Of a stretch of DNA of 64,000 nt, positions 12,964 to 27,900 are shown piece after piece. Each line of letters starts with the position of its first letter. Position 1 is the first letter of the stretch. This DNA is from Ginglymostoma cirratum (taxonomy: Eukaryota): contig JAHRHZ010000133.1 in NCBI GenBank assembly GCA_024137785.1, positions 31,664,772-31,728,771 on the forward strand. Reading direction: 5' to 3'. The notes below the pieces were generated by a model. It did not search any database. It worked only from the letters and a program-made list of their open reading frames with translations, and was not told the DNA's origin. The position numbers were made by a program, and so were the translations under genes.

Positions 12964-15900
12964 CTGAAACAAAGTACAGACAAGTTATTTTCTTGGAACA
13001 ATTAGTGAAGCATTTTATTTCACCATATGCTAATAGCAGTTAACTTGTTATTGGTTCCAAAGGTGAAGTAGGAAAGTTGAACTCTGACCTCCAGGCAGAC
13101 TATTTTAGCCATTTTTGCACTTAATATACTGGGAATTGACTTTGAGGTGATTTTGGTTCAATTCCATATTAAAACCTACATGGGTTTGCAAATTTAGCTC
13201 TAGGTGCCTTTGCTCCCCTAAGTTGAGTGCAGCGGTCAGAAATCTGGCAGATGGAGTACAACGTAGGAAAATGTTCACTGGCCAAAAGCATTGATGGGGA
13301 GGGGAGGAAAGAAGTCCAACTTAAATGAAAAATGACCACAACTACAAGGTTCTAGTGCAAGCCAAAGTCAGCATAAATTTTTTTAAATTTCCCTGTACTA
13401 CACCATCCAAGAAAATAAAACTGCAGTATTCTTTTGGTTTCTTGGACAAAAGACTTCAAGTTAGAAGAATAGTAATTCAGGCTAACGTACAACTTCAGAC
13501 AGCCTATGGTGGGTAATGTGATTTAAATACCTCACTGCACAAATGCAATCAAAACAGATTTCTCAGCAACTACACCCCAGCTGTTGACCATGTCACTAAG
13601 TCGTCACAATTCTTCACTTTTGCTGATCCAGCCCCTGAAACTCTCTCAAACCATTCCATCTTGGACTCTCAACTACTGTTTTAGTCAACCAACCTCTTAT
13701 CATGAGTCCATAGTTCTGTGTTTAAAAACTACACTCCAGTACTTAGCAAGGTACAGCTATAGCTTTTCAGATAACTAGCTTAATCACATGTCCCTGCACC
13801 TCCCGTGAGTTCTAACCTTTTTCCTTAAGCAGTATTTGCTTTACACAACACTGTAAAGTTGTTCACTTGGTGGAAAGAACAAAAAAAAAAGCCCAATCAA
13901 GAGTTGTCGTCATTGCACCTGTCTGGAGTAGGGACACTACCATTGGCTACTTCACAACCCCTGCTCTCAGCTATTCTGATGTATCGGTAGCACCTGGCAT
14001 CATGTGAGCCATTACAACTTTAAGGACTTTTCCATCATGACTCCTACCTTTTAACTGCCTATTACCTCTTCAAACTCAAGATAGTAATTGTTCCAACAGG
14101 AGACATATTTAACTACTGATGACTTCTCAGTGGGCCCCAACACATAGTCCAGTTTACTTTTCACTTCTGTATGGAGGTTTCCTCTCATTCTTCTTCGACT
14201 TTGAGCTCCAGGCTACAGCTCTTGGCCTTCTGAGCACTCTAACTGCACAGAACAAGTAGTTCAACTGTGATCTCTGAACTGTCCTGAATAATCTATTTAA
14301 AAACCTAGCAATACATTCCACCCCTATCACCCAGGAGAACTGAACTTCATCACCTAGCAACTGTTGGAGCTGTTCCATGGTTCTTAGCAATCATCGACGC
14401 TGGCTTGTTCAGTACAAGAAAACCTAGCATATAACTAAAAGGATTTCATCATATCAGTTCATTTGCCAATAGCGATCTTCAATTTTTAAGCAGAAAGCAT
14501 TGAGATTTTCTTCTTTTTTTTTGGCTCAGTCTTCTTTCAAAATGTTCCTTCAGTCCACTTTCTCTCAGCAGTACCCTAGCCAGCTTTTTGTCCTAATTAC
14601 ATTCAGCAATTCCTTTGTTCATTCATGCTCCACAACACTTCGCTGTTATCTTTTCTGTCCAACTGATCCTTTCTATTGTTCTTCAAATCCACATTTCAAA
14701 GCCTTTTTAACAAGGTGGTCTCTTCTTTCCCTAAGTGCCAAGCCTCACATGCAGACAAAATAACACGCCAAATCAAGCTCTTTACAAGTCGCTCAAGTTG
14801 TTTATTCAACTTCTGGATGGCAACTGTCTTCTTACCATTTATGTTCTACCACTGTAATAAATTGTGCAATTCATGCTGAATACACAGTAACAGCCACAGT
14901 ACCACTAATGTAATCCCCAAGTATTTTGGATTTTTATTTGCATATTGTGGGGAGGCCTATGATAAATCATAGGTGGAAATATTCTGGCATTAAAAGGTGC
15001 TTCCTCGAAAGTACAAAATTACTTTTGTTAACTTCACTCAGATCTCAGTACCTTTATCAGTGTCATTCATTCCACTTGTGTATTTTTGAAGTTCACGACT
15101 TTCATGGAAAATATTGTAATTATCTGCATCTGGATTTGGAGTTAAACATGCTGTCAGAGTTACTGTGCATTGAGAAGAATGAAAATGGGAGTGACAAGCT
15201 GAGGTTTAGACCCTGATCTTATTGTCTTTAGGTTCGTCTCCAACCTAGAAAAACAGGGTGAATATCTCTTGGTTGTATAAGTCTCAAATGAAACTAATTT
15301 GATGTTCACTCCATATGCTGGTAGGCATAGCCTCGAGATAAAATTGGCCCTAATTCAGAAATCTCAAAGTCATAGAGTTTACAACACGAAAACAGACTGT
15401 TCAGTCCAACACATCTGCACCGACCAACTTTCCTAAATATCTGGCCCATATCCCTCTAATGTCCCCATCCAATGTTTTTAGTGTTTTACATGTTGTAACT
15501 GGACCCAGCTCCACCACCTCTGGCAGCTTGTCCATACATGCACCACCCTCTGCGTGAAAAAGTTGCCCTTCAGGTCCTTGTTAAATTTTTCCTCTCTCAC
15601 CTTAAACCTATGCCCACTAGTTCTGAACTCCCCTACCCCGGGAAAAAGACTTTGGCTAATCACCCTTTCCACACCCCTCGTGATTTTATAAACCTCCACA
15701 AGGTCACCCCTCAGCTTCAGACGCTACAGGGAAGAAAAGCCCCAGCCTATTCTGCCTCTTCCTATAGCTCAAACCTTCCAATCCTGGCACCACTGTCCAC
15801 TACACCACCAATTTTGGCGTCATCTGCAAACTTACAAACAAGATGCAGTTGAGATAAATTATCGTGGCAGAGAAGTAGAAGCTTATTAAAATAGTGCTTG

Positions 15901-18900
15901 CTATATTGAAATACTAAGTCCAAATGGAAAGTCTTTCACACCCTAGACATAGTGAAGAACTTGAGAAATCTCTGCCCCAAAGCAAAACACTTTCTTAAAT
16001 CAACACAATGTTCACGTGTACTAAATTCATTCATGAAATATACCTGCTCACTAGATTCCTTACGTTCTGGGGGGAAAAAAAAGCATAAAAAAGGACACAA
16101 TAAAAATTATCCTGAACATTAACAATTTTCAGAACAGAATGGATACCATTTCTCATCAAGATGACCAAATACATGTGGTCAAAAACAGCTTGGATTCTTT
16201 GAAAGATATTCTCTGGAAGGCCCAGTACAGTTCAATGCCAGATAGAATGTTAGGACATCAGTTGAGACCAGCAATTTTGTGCATTTGGGAATCTGAAAAA
16301 CCTCAGGTATTTCCTAAAGGAATTAAACCAGCAGCTTCCACATTTTAAACAATGAATTATACATGAAACATGTAAAACCAACACTAATAACAGACTTGTA
16401 CTTTACATCAAAAAACATTGTAAAACAATCATAAGAACTTTAGACTTAAATTCTCAACAGAACCTCACCTTCAGTCTAATTATTTCCCCCGAAGAGTATT
16501 TGGTTATTTATTACTTCTTGAAAGTTCCTTCACTTCTGGGACCAAGAAGTGTCATAGCTCTCAGGAATTTTCAGCATTCCTGCTGTCCTCCAGGGTATGA
16601 ATTTTGCTGAGTTCCATCCACTAGCTTTCAGCTATTCGACTCTCTGTCATCGTTTTAGCACCTCATGTCTATGGACACTCCATCTCCAGAGTGGGCTTTG
16701 CTGCACTCTAGCTTAGTTCTGCCAACTCAGAAATACTATTGGTTTCTGCAGCCAGATTTTTTTCAAACTCAATAAATCCTGCTTAAAACAGAACCATAAC
16801 CACAATGTCTATAATCTGTCTGACATTTTCTCTTCCTATTATTCATCTCAAAGGTTGATTGGTCATATAATAACTTGCTGAAAGTCATAAGCGATTTTTT
16901 AAAAATAAGAATTCATCTTGCAAAGAATCTGTAGCTCTTAAAAGGGACCAGCACCCCAACAAAATATGTATTTTATTTAAATTGCCCAGAAGTACATGAA
17001 GCAACACAAGAGTTAAACTATAATAATAAACAAATTCCAATTAGATTTTTTGGGCAAACAGGATTTCAGCATCAAAAGCCTCAAATGTGTAGCCCTAGAT
17101 TCAAATTGGTTGTAGTGATACACCGAAGGATGGATGATCATCATACTGGTCCAAATTATCAACAAGCAATGCTAAATTTTATAACAGCCAATTAGATCAG
17201 GTCCTAGTTTCAGACTGTCAGCTGAAATTCTTGGCCAGGATAGATAAAATAGGCTACTTTGCTCTCAGAATATATTCAACTTGATTGCAATTTAAAATTA
17301 ACAACATTTATTGAATTTAGTTTTGATAAACAAAGTTACAATACTCCAAATTTTAGCAACTTGCCCCACTCAGGAAATAGTTCCCAAATATAATTTACCA
17401 TTTTTGTTGGATTACCTTTAACTTGTCCCCAGGATCCTTATACACCTTTTGATCCACAAACAGGTCCAACTGCCAGTTTTGGAAGGCAGACCTCTAATGA
17501 AGCACCTAATAGTCTATGGGAATTTGACATGGAATCCCATTTATTTTGTGAACACAGGATCTGTGCGTCCTACAGATTTTATTTTTATTCTTTATTTGTT
17601 AAGGCATTATTAGCTACGCCAGTATATTTTTCCCAGTATATTTTTGATGGTGAGCTCGTTTCTTAAACTGTTGTCCATGACATTTTGAAAAATCCACATC
17701 GCCGTTAGAGAGGGAGTTCTGAGAGTTTGACTGAGCCGCAGTGGTGGAATGGTGATTTGTTCCACATCAGGATGGTGTGTAACTTGAACGTAAACTTCGA
17801 GTTGATGTCACTCCCATGCACCGCCTGCACTTATCCTTCTAGGTGGTAAAGGTCATGGGTTTGGAAGCTGCTCTTGAAACAGCCTTCCTGAGTTACAGCA
17901 GTGCATCTTGTAGTGGTACACATTATTACTACTGAGTGTCAATGGTAGGAGTGAATGCTTAAAGTTGTTGATAGTGTATCAATCAAGTAGGTCACTTCAT
18001 CCAGGAAGCTTCGAGTACTGTTGGAACTGCACTCATCCAGGCAAGTAGGGAATATTCCATCACTCTCTTAACTTGTGCCTTTATACGTAGTAAACAGGCT
18101 TTGGGGAATCAGGAAGTGAGTTACACACCTTAGAATTCTGATGTGCACTTGTAGGCAGTGTTAGTATGGCTAGCACAGTTCAATTTCTGATCAATGATGA
18201 CCTGCAGGATGTAGATAGTGGAGGATTCAGCAATGGTAATTCACTGAATGTTAAGGAGAGATGGTTAGATTCTCTGTTGCTGGTGATGGTCTTTGCTTGG
18301 CAGTTGGGGCATGGATGTTGCTTCCTATTTAACAGCCCAAGTCTGAATGTTGTCCAGGTCTTATTGCATATGGACACAGATTGCTTTGTATCTGAAGGGT
18401 CACAAGTGGTGCTGAATAGCATGCAGTCATCAGAGAACATTTCTGCTGCTGACCTTATGGATCGAGGTAAGATCATTGATGAAGCAAAGATAGTTGGTCC
18501 TAGGACTCTACCCTGACAAACTCAGCAGTCATGTCCTGAAAATAGGATAATTGAGCTCTAACACAACCATCTTCCATGCACTTCTTTTTCTGAGGACCCA
18601 TGATGCTGCACTTATTATATTGCTAAGGGCAAACCTCATCTCTAGAGTTTAGATGAAGGCCCAATTATGTGTTGCAGGAAAGCATGAGTGAATCCTGGAC
18701 TAATGTGGTGGTTATCTCCACCGCACTTTTATCTGGAGGCTTAGGTTCAGAAATTTCTGTAGCTACAGGGGGAAAGATGTCCTGGGTATAATGGTGTTTG
18801 TTCTACCACTCAAATCTCACCTACAGAGAATGGTTTGAGTCATACAGCATGGAAACAGACCCTTTGGTCCAACCAGTTCACGCCAACCACGTTCCCAAAC

Positions 18901-21900
18901 CAAACAAATGTCACCGGATACAATCATCTAAAAGATAGTTCTTCTGCTTTTAGATGATTTTTCAGCACCTGAGATAAATGTTTTCAATAACCCTACTTTA
19001 TGCTGTTACCAAATGGATAAATAGATGAGTATACTTACTTTCCATGGGAGGATGAGGTGGTAAACCAAAAGCTCTTAGAGGGATGCGTTCTGGAAGACCA
19101 TAGATTCCACCACGTGGACGAAGTGGAATTCCCCTGTGCAGGAAATGACCTCGTGGATCAAAAGGTAAGGAAGGTATTTGCTTAGCAGAGGCAGAAGCAA
19201 AACCAGGTCTAATTCCAAAGCCAGCTTCAGTAGGAAAGGTTTGATTTATAGATATATTTGATGTACCCTGCAGAAAAGATCACCATTGTTTAATGTGTAA
19301 TAATAAATCTTGCAATGAAGTAAAATGAGCTGCGTAATCAAGTAAAAATAGAAAGCTTGCTGGAACTAGTGATTTTCTCAGTTGAATACATGGTGTGTGT
19401 TCTCGGTGACTTTTAAAAAGTAAGAAACAATGGGGAGAGAAGAGCATAAAAAGAACGACAGCAATAACAAATGAAGTAGACTTGCTTGGACTTGGGTCTG
19501 ATTCCCTGGAGCAGAATTTGAAATTTCCATGCCACTTTCTAGCGTCGGGCATTCACCTGTTCAAAACAAAGTTGTAATGAAGTTATTCATACATTAAGCT
19601 TTATCATTTGTCAAGACAATTACAAATGCAATGGTATCCTCATTGATTTTCTACTCTTCCTTATTACTGTTATTTATTTCTCTTTAATAATAAGAGAAAT
19701 TACTAAATTGTAAACACTGCGAACATATGTATGGAAAGACAAAGTACATTCAACACGTTGTGTAGCAGTACAGCAATTTACAATTACCCACCAACTTTGA
19801 TAAAACACAATGTGGAATGATCAAAGCAAGACAAGCCATGTGACTGAAAGAAATTAACTTTTCATTTAAGAGATTTAGTGAAATGATTAAGGACTGATCC
19901 AACTGAACCAACTCCTTGCCAAATAGGATTGGTTTTGAAAATCTAAAGAAGAATTCTATAGATATGATTATCTTCATCCCAAGTTAAACAAATGTAATTG
20001 AAAGATTAAATTTAGAAACGGAACGTATGCACAAAAACCAGATTATAAATTTAATGTTCATCTTCTCTGATATTTGGACTTTGTAATGTGTGCATTTTTC
20101 AGCCAACTTGCTCTGACACCGTAATAAAAGCAGTATACTGCAGATACTGGAAGTCTGAAATAAAAACAGATAATGCCAGCGAAACTCTGATTTTGCAACA
20201 TTTGCAGAGAGAAAAAAAACCAAAAAGTTAATATTGCAAGTCCAATACAAAGAAATTCTAAAAAGTCAGAACTGAGAAGTGTCATTTTGGGCTCAAAATG
20301 TTAACTCAATTTCTTCGCTCCAGAGATGCTGCCAGACATGCTGAGTTTCTCCAGCACTGCCAGTTCTTATTTCAAATCTCCAGCATCCACAGTACTTTGT
20401 TTTTATTTCATCGTTACGAATATGTTTGTTAAAGTAATTGTTTAGGCCTATTTAAACTTAATTTTAAAAGTGCTTAATTGGATATTAATGATTTTCAGTT
20501 TTTGGATTTTGACTGATTTCAATCATAATTATATTTTCCGCCCACAAATTTCTCAAGCATGTTTACAATTTGCCTTACTTTCCCAAATCATGTGTTATAC
20601 TAAAATGATAGCTTCAGTATTATCTTATAAGTAGAAAAGATCTAGGGTAAGTGTATAATTCTACTGGTTCACGTAAAACTTCCAGAATATATATAACCTT
20701 TGTTTGATGCCTGATGTTTCAGAATCACACCAGTGTAATGAAATTGCATGTAGTAGTACATTACACAAAATCAAAGATTTTCTTCAAAATCTTGATTCTT
20801 TAAGTAGTATTTAGAGAATAAGATTTACTAAGAAATATTAAGTCATCCCAACCCATCTAAAATTAAATATACCTCAGATTAGATCTATTGTAGAACTAAG
20901 TCCTCTATAAAAAGATCCTTATATACCTGATGATATCTCCAAGAGCTTCCGTTCTCGTTCCCACACAGGGGACAACGACCCACTATCAGACTGCTGACCA
21001 TGATGATCAGACAGTCGGTCAGAGACCGAATCGGTATTTTCATTTGAGGCATGAACTGATGGACCTTGTTCCATAGACAAAAGAATACACCAAAATGAAT
21101 TAGAATACATTTTAGATATTGTGGTTAATAATTCTTAACAAATAAACACTGTACACACTATAGAATTCCATTTTGTAAATTAGTCTGCATTCCAAAGCAA
21201 TTTCTGTACAACTTTTCTCACTCATGAGAGCACATACATTTACATTACTATTCAGAAAGCTAACAAATAGGAAATCACACAATCTGTCTGCTCAGTACTT
21301 AGTCTAAACTCTTATGATAGAGAATATTACTTTTGAAGTCTGTTCTTCCAGGAAACAAAGGTGAAAACCTTAAGGGTCCATCCACCAAAGGAGGTGACAG
21401 AAAACCCATCGAATCAGAGCCAGGTCGACCCACTGGAGAAGAGCCATATGGAGAACTTCCTGCAATGCAATATGCAAAGTACTAAATACCTCTAATTTCC
21501 ATTCATGAAATCAAAGAAGTTTTGTTTTTAATTAAAACTTAGACAAATCAGAAGTGTAATAAATAAACTAACTCAGAGAAGTCTCTTGAATATACATCTG
21601 AAGAATATATAAATTAGGAACAGCAGTAGGCCATTCAGCCCTTTGAGCTGACTCTGCTACATGATAAGACTACGCCCATCTGATTGGGGCTTCAAGTCCA
21701 TTTTTCTGTCTACCTTCAGTATTCCAATCAATAATCTGTCTAAATGTATAAACCTTAAGAGTATTCAATGGGCCTGCCTCCCCTACTTTCTATCACATCA
21801 ATGCACTCCCACACTCTCCTTCTCCCAGCTAAGCATTTACAAGCGTCTTCTTTGTTGACAGTCTCTCTCACCCTCTTGCCCCTCTTTTGTCCCTATCCTC

Positions 21901-24900
21901 GCTCAACTCCCTTGTACTTACCACCTATGCTCTGATACCTCACCCTTACGCACCATTCACTCGCGCTCATTACCTTGTGCCCATCCTCTCATCCCTCTCC
22001 CTTGCACCCTTCCCTAGTCATTCCCCTCTACCTTGTACACGTGCTCACTCTTCTTCGCATATATACACTTTGCGTGTTTGTGTGGGGGAGTGTAAGTTAC
22101 TGTTAATTTGAAAGATACAAGAATATTTCTCTCTCACAGGGTCATAAGACTTTGGATTTCTCTTCTGAAAGCAGTGGAGTCAGGGTTACTGAATATTTTT
22201 AAAGGCAGATTATGAGTAATGACTCAAAATATTATCGGAATCTAGGAACGTTGAGTTGAGACCACATTTAGATCAGCTTTGAACTTCTCCTAATTTGTAA
22301 TGCTCGTATGTCCTAAAAAACATGTTAAAAAGCTCAGTACCTCTGTAAGGTGGGACAAGTGTTGAAGAACTTAATAATGCTGGTCTTCCAGATATATCAT
22401 TGACAAGTGGATCCTTCAATGCTACGTCCATTTTGAGTTCCGCTTCAGTTATCCTGTAAAATGAAGACATACTTTACCCTAAAGTTGACACAGGATAGAG
22501 TTTTAGTTATTTGAATCAACCCGTTTGAACATGTTAACATACACCTCTAGAACAGTGGGGCTTGAACCTGGATCTTCCGGCCCAGAAATAAGACTGCCAC
22601 TGTGCCACAAGACTCCAAGAGATAACTTCTTATCCTATTGGAAAGTCGATCCTTTTCTTTATACAATCCTTCATCATTTTTACTATAACACCATCAACAG
22701 GATTGTGGATATTAAATGCAGACCCCAATGAAGGGTTTTAGATTCTGCAATAATTTCCACTGAATTGCAAGCAATTCCAATCACCATCTGACGACCATGT
22801 TTAATATTCTAGAATCTGTAAATAATGCTTTCTGCAGAACTTCCCCTTGGCAGGGAATAAATACAAAAGAATCACAATGATGAAACTAAAACGGAGGGAA
22901 TCACGATCAGAAATGACTGAACAGGCCAAGTCTCTCTTCATTTGTATAAAGAAGGCAAAGTGATGACATAATAGAAATCTTTAAAATTGCAATGGATTAA
23001 ACAAGATAGAGAAGATGTTTTCACTTGTGCAGAATTTCAAAATTAACTTCTCATAAATATAAACTAGTTACTAAGAAAATTACAGAACAGTGATAATGTG
23101 GAACTTGTTCTTTTGTGAAAATTGGGGAAGATCAATAACAAATATATTAAAGACAGGCTACATAAACACAAGACGGAAAGGAAGCTAAGGAACCATACCT
23201 GATATATTATTAGCAGTAAGACGGGAAGATGCTTGTGCAGAGCATGAACTCTTGCATAGATCAGTTGGGTCACATTTCTGCATTAACTGTGGTGTGGGGC
23301 GGGGGGGGGGGGGGGGGGGGCCGGGGAAGGTTAATCTCCAAGTACTACTTTCAGAACACAAGAAAAGGAATAGACTATTCAACCCATCATAGCTGTCTCA
23401 CCATTCAATTAGGTCAAGACAGGTCTTTTACCTAAAGATTCCCACATTATCTCTATATCCCTTCATGTCTTTAGTCTCCAGAAACCTATCAATTTCTGAT
23501 TTGAATATGCCCAATGATTTTGATTCCACAGCCCTCGAGATAAAGAATTCTAAAAAATTGACCACTTTGAGTGAAGACATTTCTCATCTGTCTTAAACGG
23601 CCTGGCCCTTAACCTGAGATTACATCCCCTATTCTAGATTCATCAGTCAAGCCACGGCCAGGTACATCCTTCCTCAGATGAGGAGTCCAAAATTGCACAT
23701 AATATTCCAAGTGAGGTCTCACAAAAGGCTCTATGCAACTGCAACAGGACATTTTATATCTGTAATCAAATCCCCTGAAAATGAATGGAAACACACAGTC
23801 TGCCTAATTGCTTGCTACACCTGGCCACTAGCTTTTAGTGACTTATGGACAAAGACATCCAGGTCCCTTTAGACATGGCACTTCCCAAACTCTTGCCATT
23901 TAAGAAATATTCTCTTTGTTTTCTCTATCAAGTGAATAACTTCATACTTATTTACATCATATTCCATCTGCCGTATTCTAGTCTATTCACTAAGCCCATC
24001 CAAATCCTCTTGAAGCCCCTTTGCATCCTCTTCAAATCTTTCATTCCCACCCATCTGGTGTCATCAGGAAATCTGGAAATATTACAATTGGTCCCCACAT
24101 CCAAATCATGTAGATTGTGAACAGTAGTAGGTCTAGCATTGGCCCTTTTGGTCCCCCAATAATAATATTCTAAGAACGATCTCTTTACTACTACTTTCTG
24201 TTTGTCAACTAATTCTCAATCACTCTAATTTTAATTACAACTTCCTGTGTGAGAAGTTACCAAAAACTGGGGATATTTTCCTTTGTTACAAGAACAGAAC
24301 TCCTATTTAAGTATCAGGAAGTACTGTATCCAATGTTTATGATAGTCTCTGTTGTGGCAACAGAGGAGCAAACACTTTGTGCGGAACAGTTTTATTTTGG
24401 CAACATATTATTTAAGGATTTTTCAAGAGTATGGTCAGCTATAAGTAATGCAATACAATCAGCAGCAATGTGAACCACAGCCAGGAAAAGTATGAATAGT
24501 GCATCAAGTGAGTACATCAAAATTGTAAAAAGGGATGGATGAATGTACAAACCTTTTCAATATTCAGGATTATGGAGACAATTCAAAATATATGTTTCTT
24601 TCTTAAAAATAACTGGCAAAATATAGCTTGCAAACAAGGATAATGTGATCAAACTATTTTCAAGTTGATCTCCAGGTTTCTGCAGGTGGCAAGGGTCAGT
24701 TGAACCACTTGGAGTCAGTCACCTAGTAGCAGGTAAGGGGCTCTCTGTCTATGATGCAGTGGCTACAGACTGCCCCGCACCTCTCAGTGATTGGCTGGCC
24801 GCACGAATAGAATTTACTTTAAATTTAAGAAGTTGGAGAGAGGGCACCTCCATTTTCAAGTGCTCTTTCCTTTATTTGCCTGCATTGTAGTCTGCAGTTC

Positions 24901-27900
24901 CTTTCAAGCCAAAGGACCTCTCAACAGTCCTTCAATCTCAAGAACCTGATCACTGTCTTTAATTGATCAGTGAGCCCTGCTACTGACCATTAATTGGTTG
25001 GCCTGGGGATAATTTACACTCGGTGGTGATTTCCTATTCAGTGCAAGTCTCTAATCAATTTCAGCTGACAGCCGGGTTAAGAAGCTTGCTGGAAAAATCC
25101 TGGAAGTGCAGTTTCGTTTTCTGACTGTATGAAGTATAACTGACTTAGGAGGGAGAATCTTGAGATATACTTTCACAGATCTAAATGTTTAGGGAAAAAA
25201 AATTTTCATTGATGGAATCAGTTTCTATATCCTCTACCCACCAAACGGAGAAAAACCATGAATGCTGAAGGTAATCTCCGACAAAATAAACTTTGAAATA
25301 TTGTAGACAGTTCCTATCATCATGCATATTCCCTTCCAAACAACAGATGTGTTTGTATCCACATGGGTTATAACGTTGAAAGTACCTGCAGTTGAAATCT
25401 ATACTAAGTTTTTTTTAAAACAGCAACATTTAAAAATGTATTTATTGAAACAAATCTCATTTGAGCTTAATATAACAACCTTCATAAATAGTAGACAAAT
25501 ATTGCTATTATGTACAAAGAGAATAAAAAAACTCATTTTAGATCATATTGAAATATTTTGGAACAGATAGAAACTTACTTTTGCCGAAGGTGAATATTCT
25601 CTCTTTTAATATTGCCAAGCTCTCGATCTGCTTCACGAGCGGACAGCTACAAATAAAAATATTTCTTCTAAAATGTTCTAAATGTTGATAATGTAAACAT
25701 TAGCATTTATAATTCTCTACTTTTCAATGGGATATGGGCCTCACTGACCAAACTAGATAAGCCTGTTAAGTAATTTAATTTCATAAGCATGCAACTTTCC
25801 ACCAATAATTTCATATTTTTAGTGAGAAATATTATATAGTAGCAACGAAAACAAAATCACAGAACCTGTGTTAACTAGATTCCTAGAATGGGTCATAGAT
25901 GAAATCACTTTAATGCAGAATAGCTATAATAATTCTCAGAAGTAACAGCATGTGGTAAAGTCACTGGATTAATAATCCAAAGGCACAGATTCAAATACTA
26001 CCTTGGCAACTGGTGGAATTTGAATTTAATCAATAAATCTGGATTTAGCCTCAGTGATTATTGACTGTCATGAAACCTTTCCGGTTCAGTCATACACTTA
26101 CAGGCAACTGAATATTTTCCAAATATGTATAACTTGTCCAATGATCAGTTGATGAATTTAATTTACTTTCCTTTATATAAGATAGTGGTAGAAAAGGAAA
26201 GGAATTTCAAGAATGTACTGCAGAGACATCTACGACACAGCTACCAACTACTCTGCGACAGTTGAGGTAGGAAAATTAAATGATGAATATTGATATATTT
26301 ATTTACGATAGTTATGCTTGGAGAAATGTGGGACGAAAGAACGTGACAGCTGGAAAAAAGAACAAAAGAAAGAAACTTGCACTGATCTAACACCTTTTAC
26401 AAACCCAAGATGTCACAAATAGAGAAAGGAGGGTTGGGGCTGGGGAAGGTAGGTGGGATGGTGATAGCTGAGTGCAGGTAGACAGTGGTGGGGATCGGTC
26501 AGTGAGGTGGGAGGAGCGGATAGGTGGGAGAGAAAAGACGGACAGGTCAAGGATGCGGGGATGGGAGGGAGGGTTGGTCATGGGATGAGGCCGGGGGTGG
26601 GGAGATTTTGAAACTGGTTAAGTCCACATTGAGACCATTGGGTTGTATGCTCCCAAGGCAGAATATGAGGTGCTGCTCCTCCAGTTTCGGGATGGCGTCA
26701 TTGTGATACTGGAGTTGAAGTGGTTCACGACTGAAAGGTGTTGTTTGTCGTGAACCGAGCGCAGGAGCTCTACAAAGAGCTCTCCGAGCCTCCACTTGGT
26801 CTCACGGACCTAGAGGAGGCCATGTCAGAAGCGGCAGATGCAACAGGCCACATTAGCAGATGTGCAACTGAACATCTGTCTGACGTGGAAGGTTTTCTGG
26901 TTCCTGGGATGGAGGCGAGTGGGGGGGGGGGGGGGGGTGTAGGGGCAGGTGTAACATTTCCTGTGAACGCTCTCGACCGCATCTCTTGCGTTTCCTGCAC
27001 CTCTGCCCTCACACCCCCTCCCTGCAACAAAAACAAAGACAGGATCCCCCTCATCCTCAAGTATCACCCGACTAACCTCCAGAATCAATGCATCATTCTC
27101 CGCCACTTCCACCACCTGCAATCCGAGCCCACAACGGAGGATATATTTCCCTCCCCATCCCTATCTGCCTTCCGTAGGGACCGCTCTCTCCGCAACTCCC
27201 TCATCGGCTCCACACTCCCCACTATCCCCGGCACCTTTTCCTGCAACCGCAGGAAGTGCTACACCTGCCCCTACACCTCCCCCGATCACCTCCTTCCCAG
27301 GACCCAAAAAAACCTTCCACATCAGACAGATGTTCACCTGCACATTTGCTAATGTGGCCTCCTCTACATCAGTGAGACCAAGCAAAGGCTCAGAGACAGC
27401 TTTGTACAGCACCTGCACTTGGTTCACGACAAATGACAACACGTTCCAGTCGCGAACCACTTCAACTCCCCCTCCCACTTCCTGGACGACATGTCCATCC
27501 TGGGCCTCCTCCAGTGTCACTACAACACCATCCAGAAACTGGAGGAGCAGCACCTCATGTTCCGCCTTGGGAGCCTACAATCCAACGGTCTCAATGTGGA
27601 CTTTACTAGCTTCAAAATCTTCAAATCCCGGCCTCATCCCATGACCCCGCCTCCTTGACCTGTCCATCTTCTCTCCCACCTATCCGCTCCTCCCACCTCA
27701 CTGACCACTCCCCAACACTGCCTACCTGCACTCACCTATTGCCATCTCCCACTTACCTTCCCCAGCTCATCCTTCCCCTCTCTATTTATTTCAGACCCTC
27801 CTTCCCCCTCCCCCATTTCTGAAAAAGGGTCCCAACCCAAAACGTCAGCTTTCCTGCTACTCTAATGATGTCTGGCCTGCTGTGTTCCTCCAGCTCCACA

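Noticed and set aside
23295-23330. Long G homopolymer giving a poly-Pro/Gly ORF
   Set aside because: Simple repeat between LINE fragments; not coding.
26524-27644. Cluster of 60-204 aa ORFs
   Set aside because: Fragments and antisense frames of the decayed Penelope element; the 204-aa ORF is chimeric across the inversion junction.
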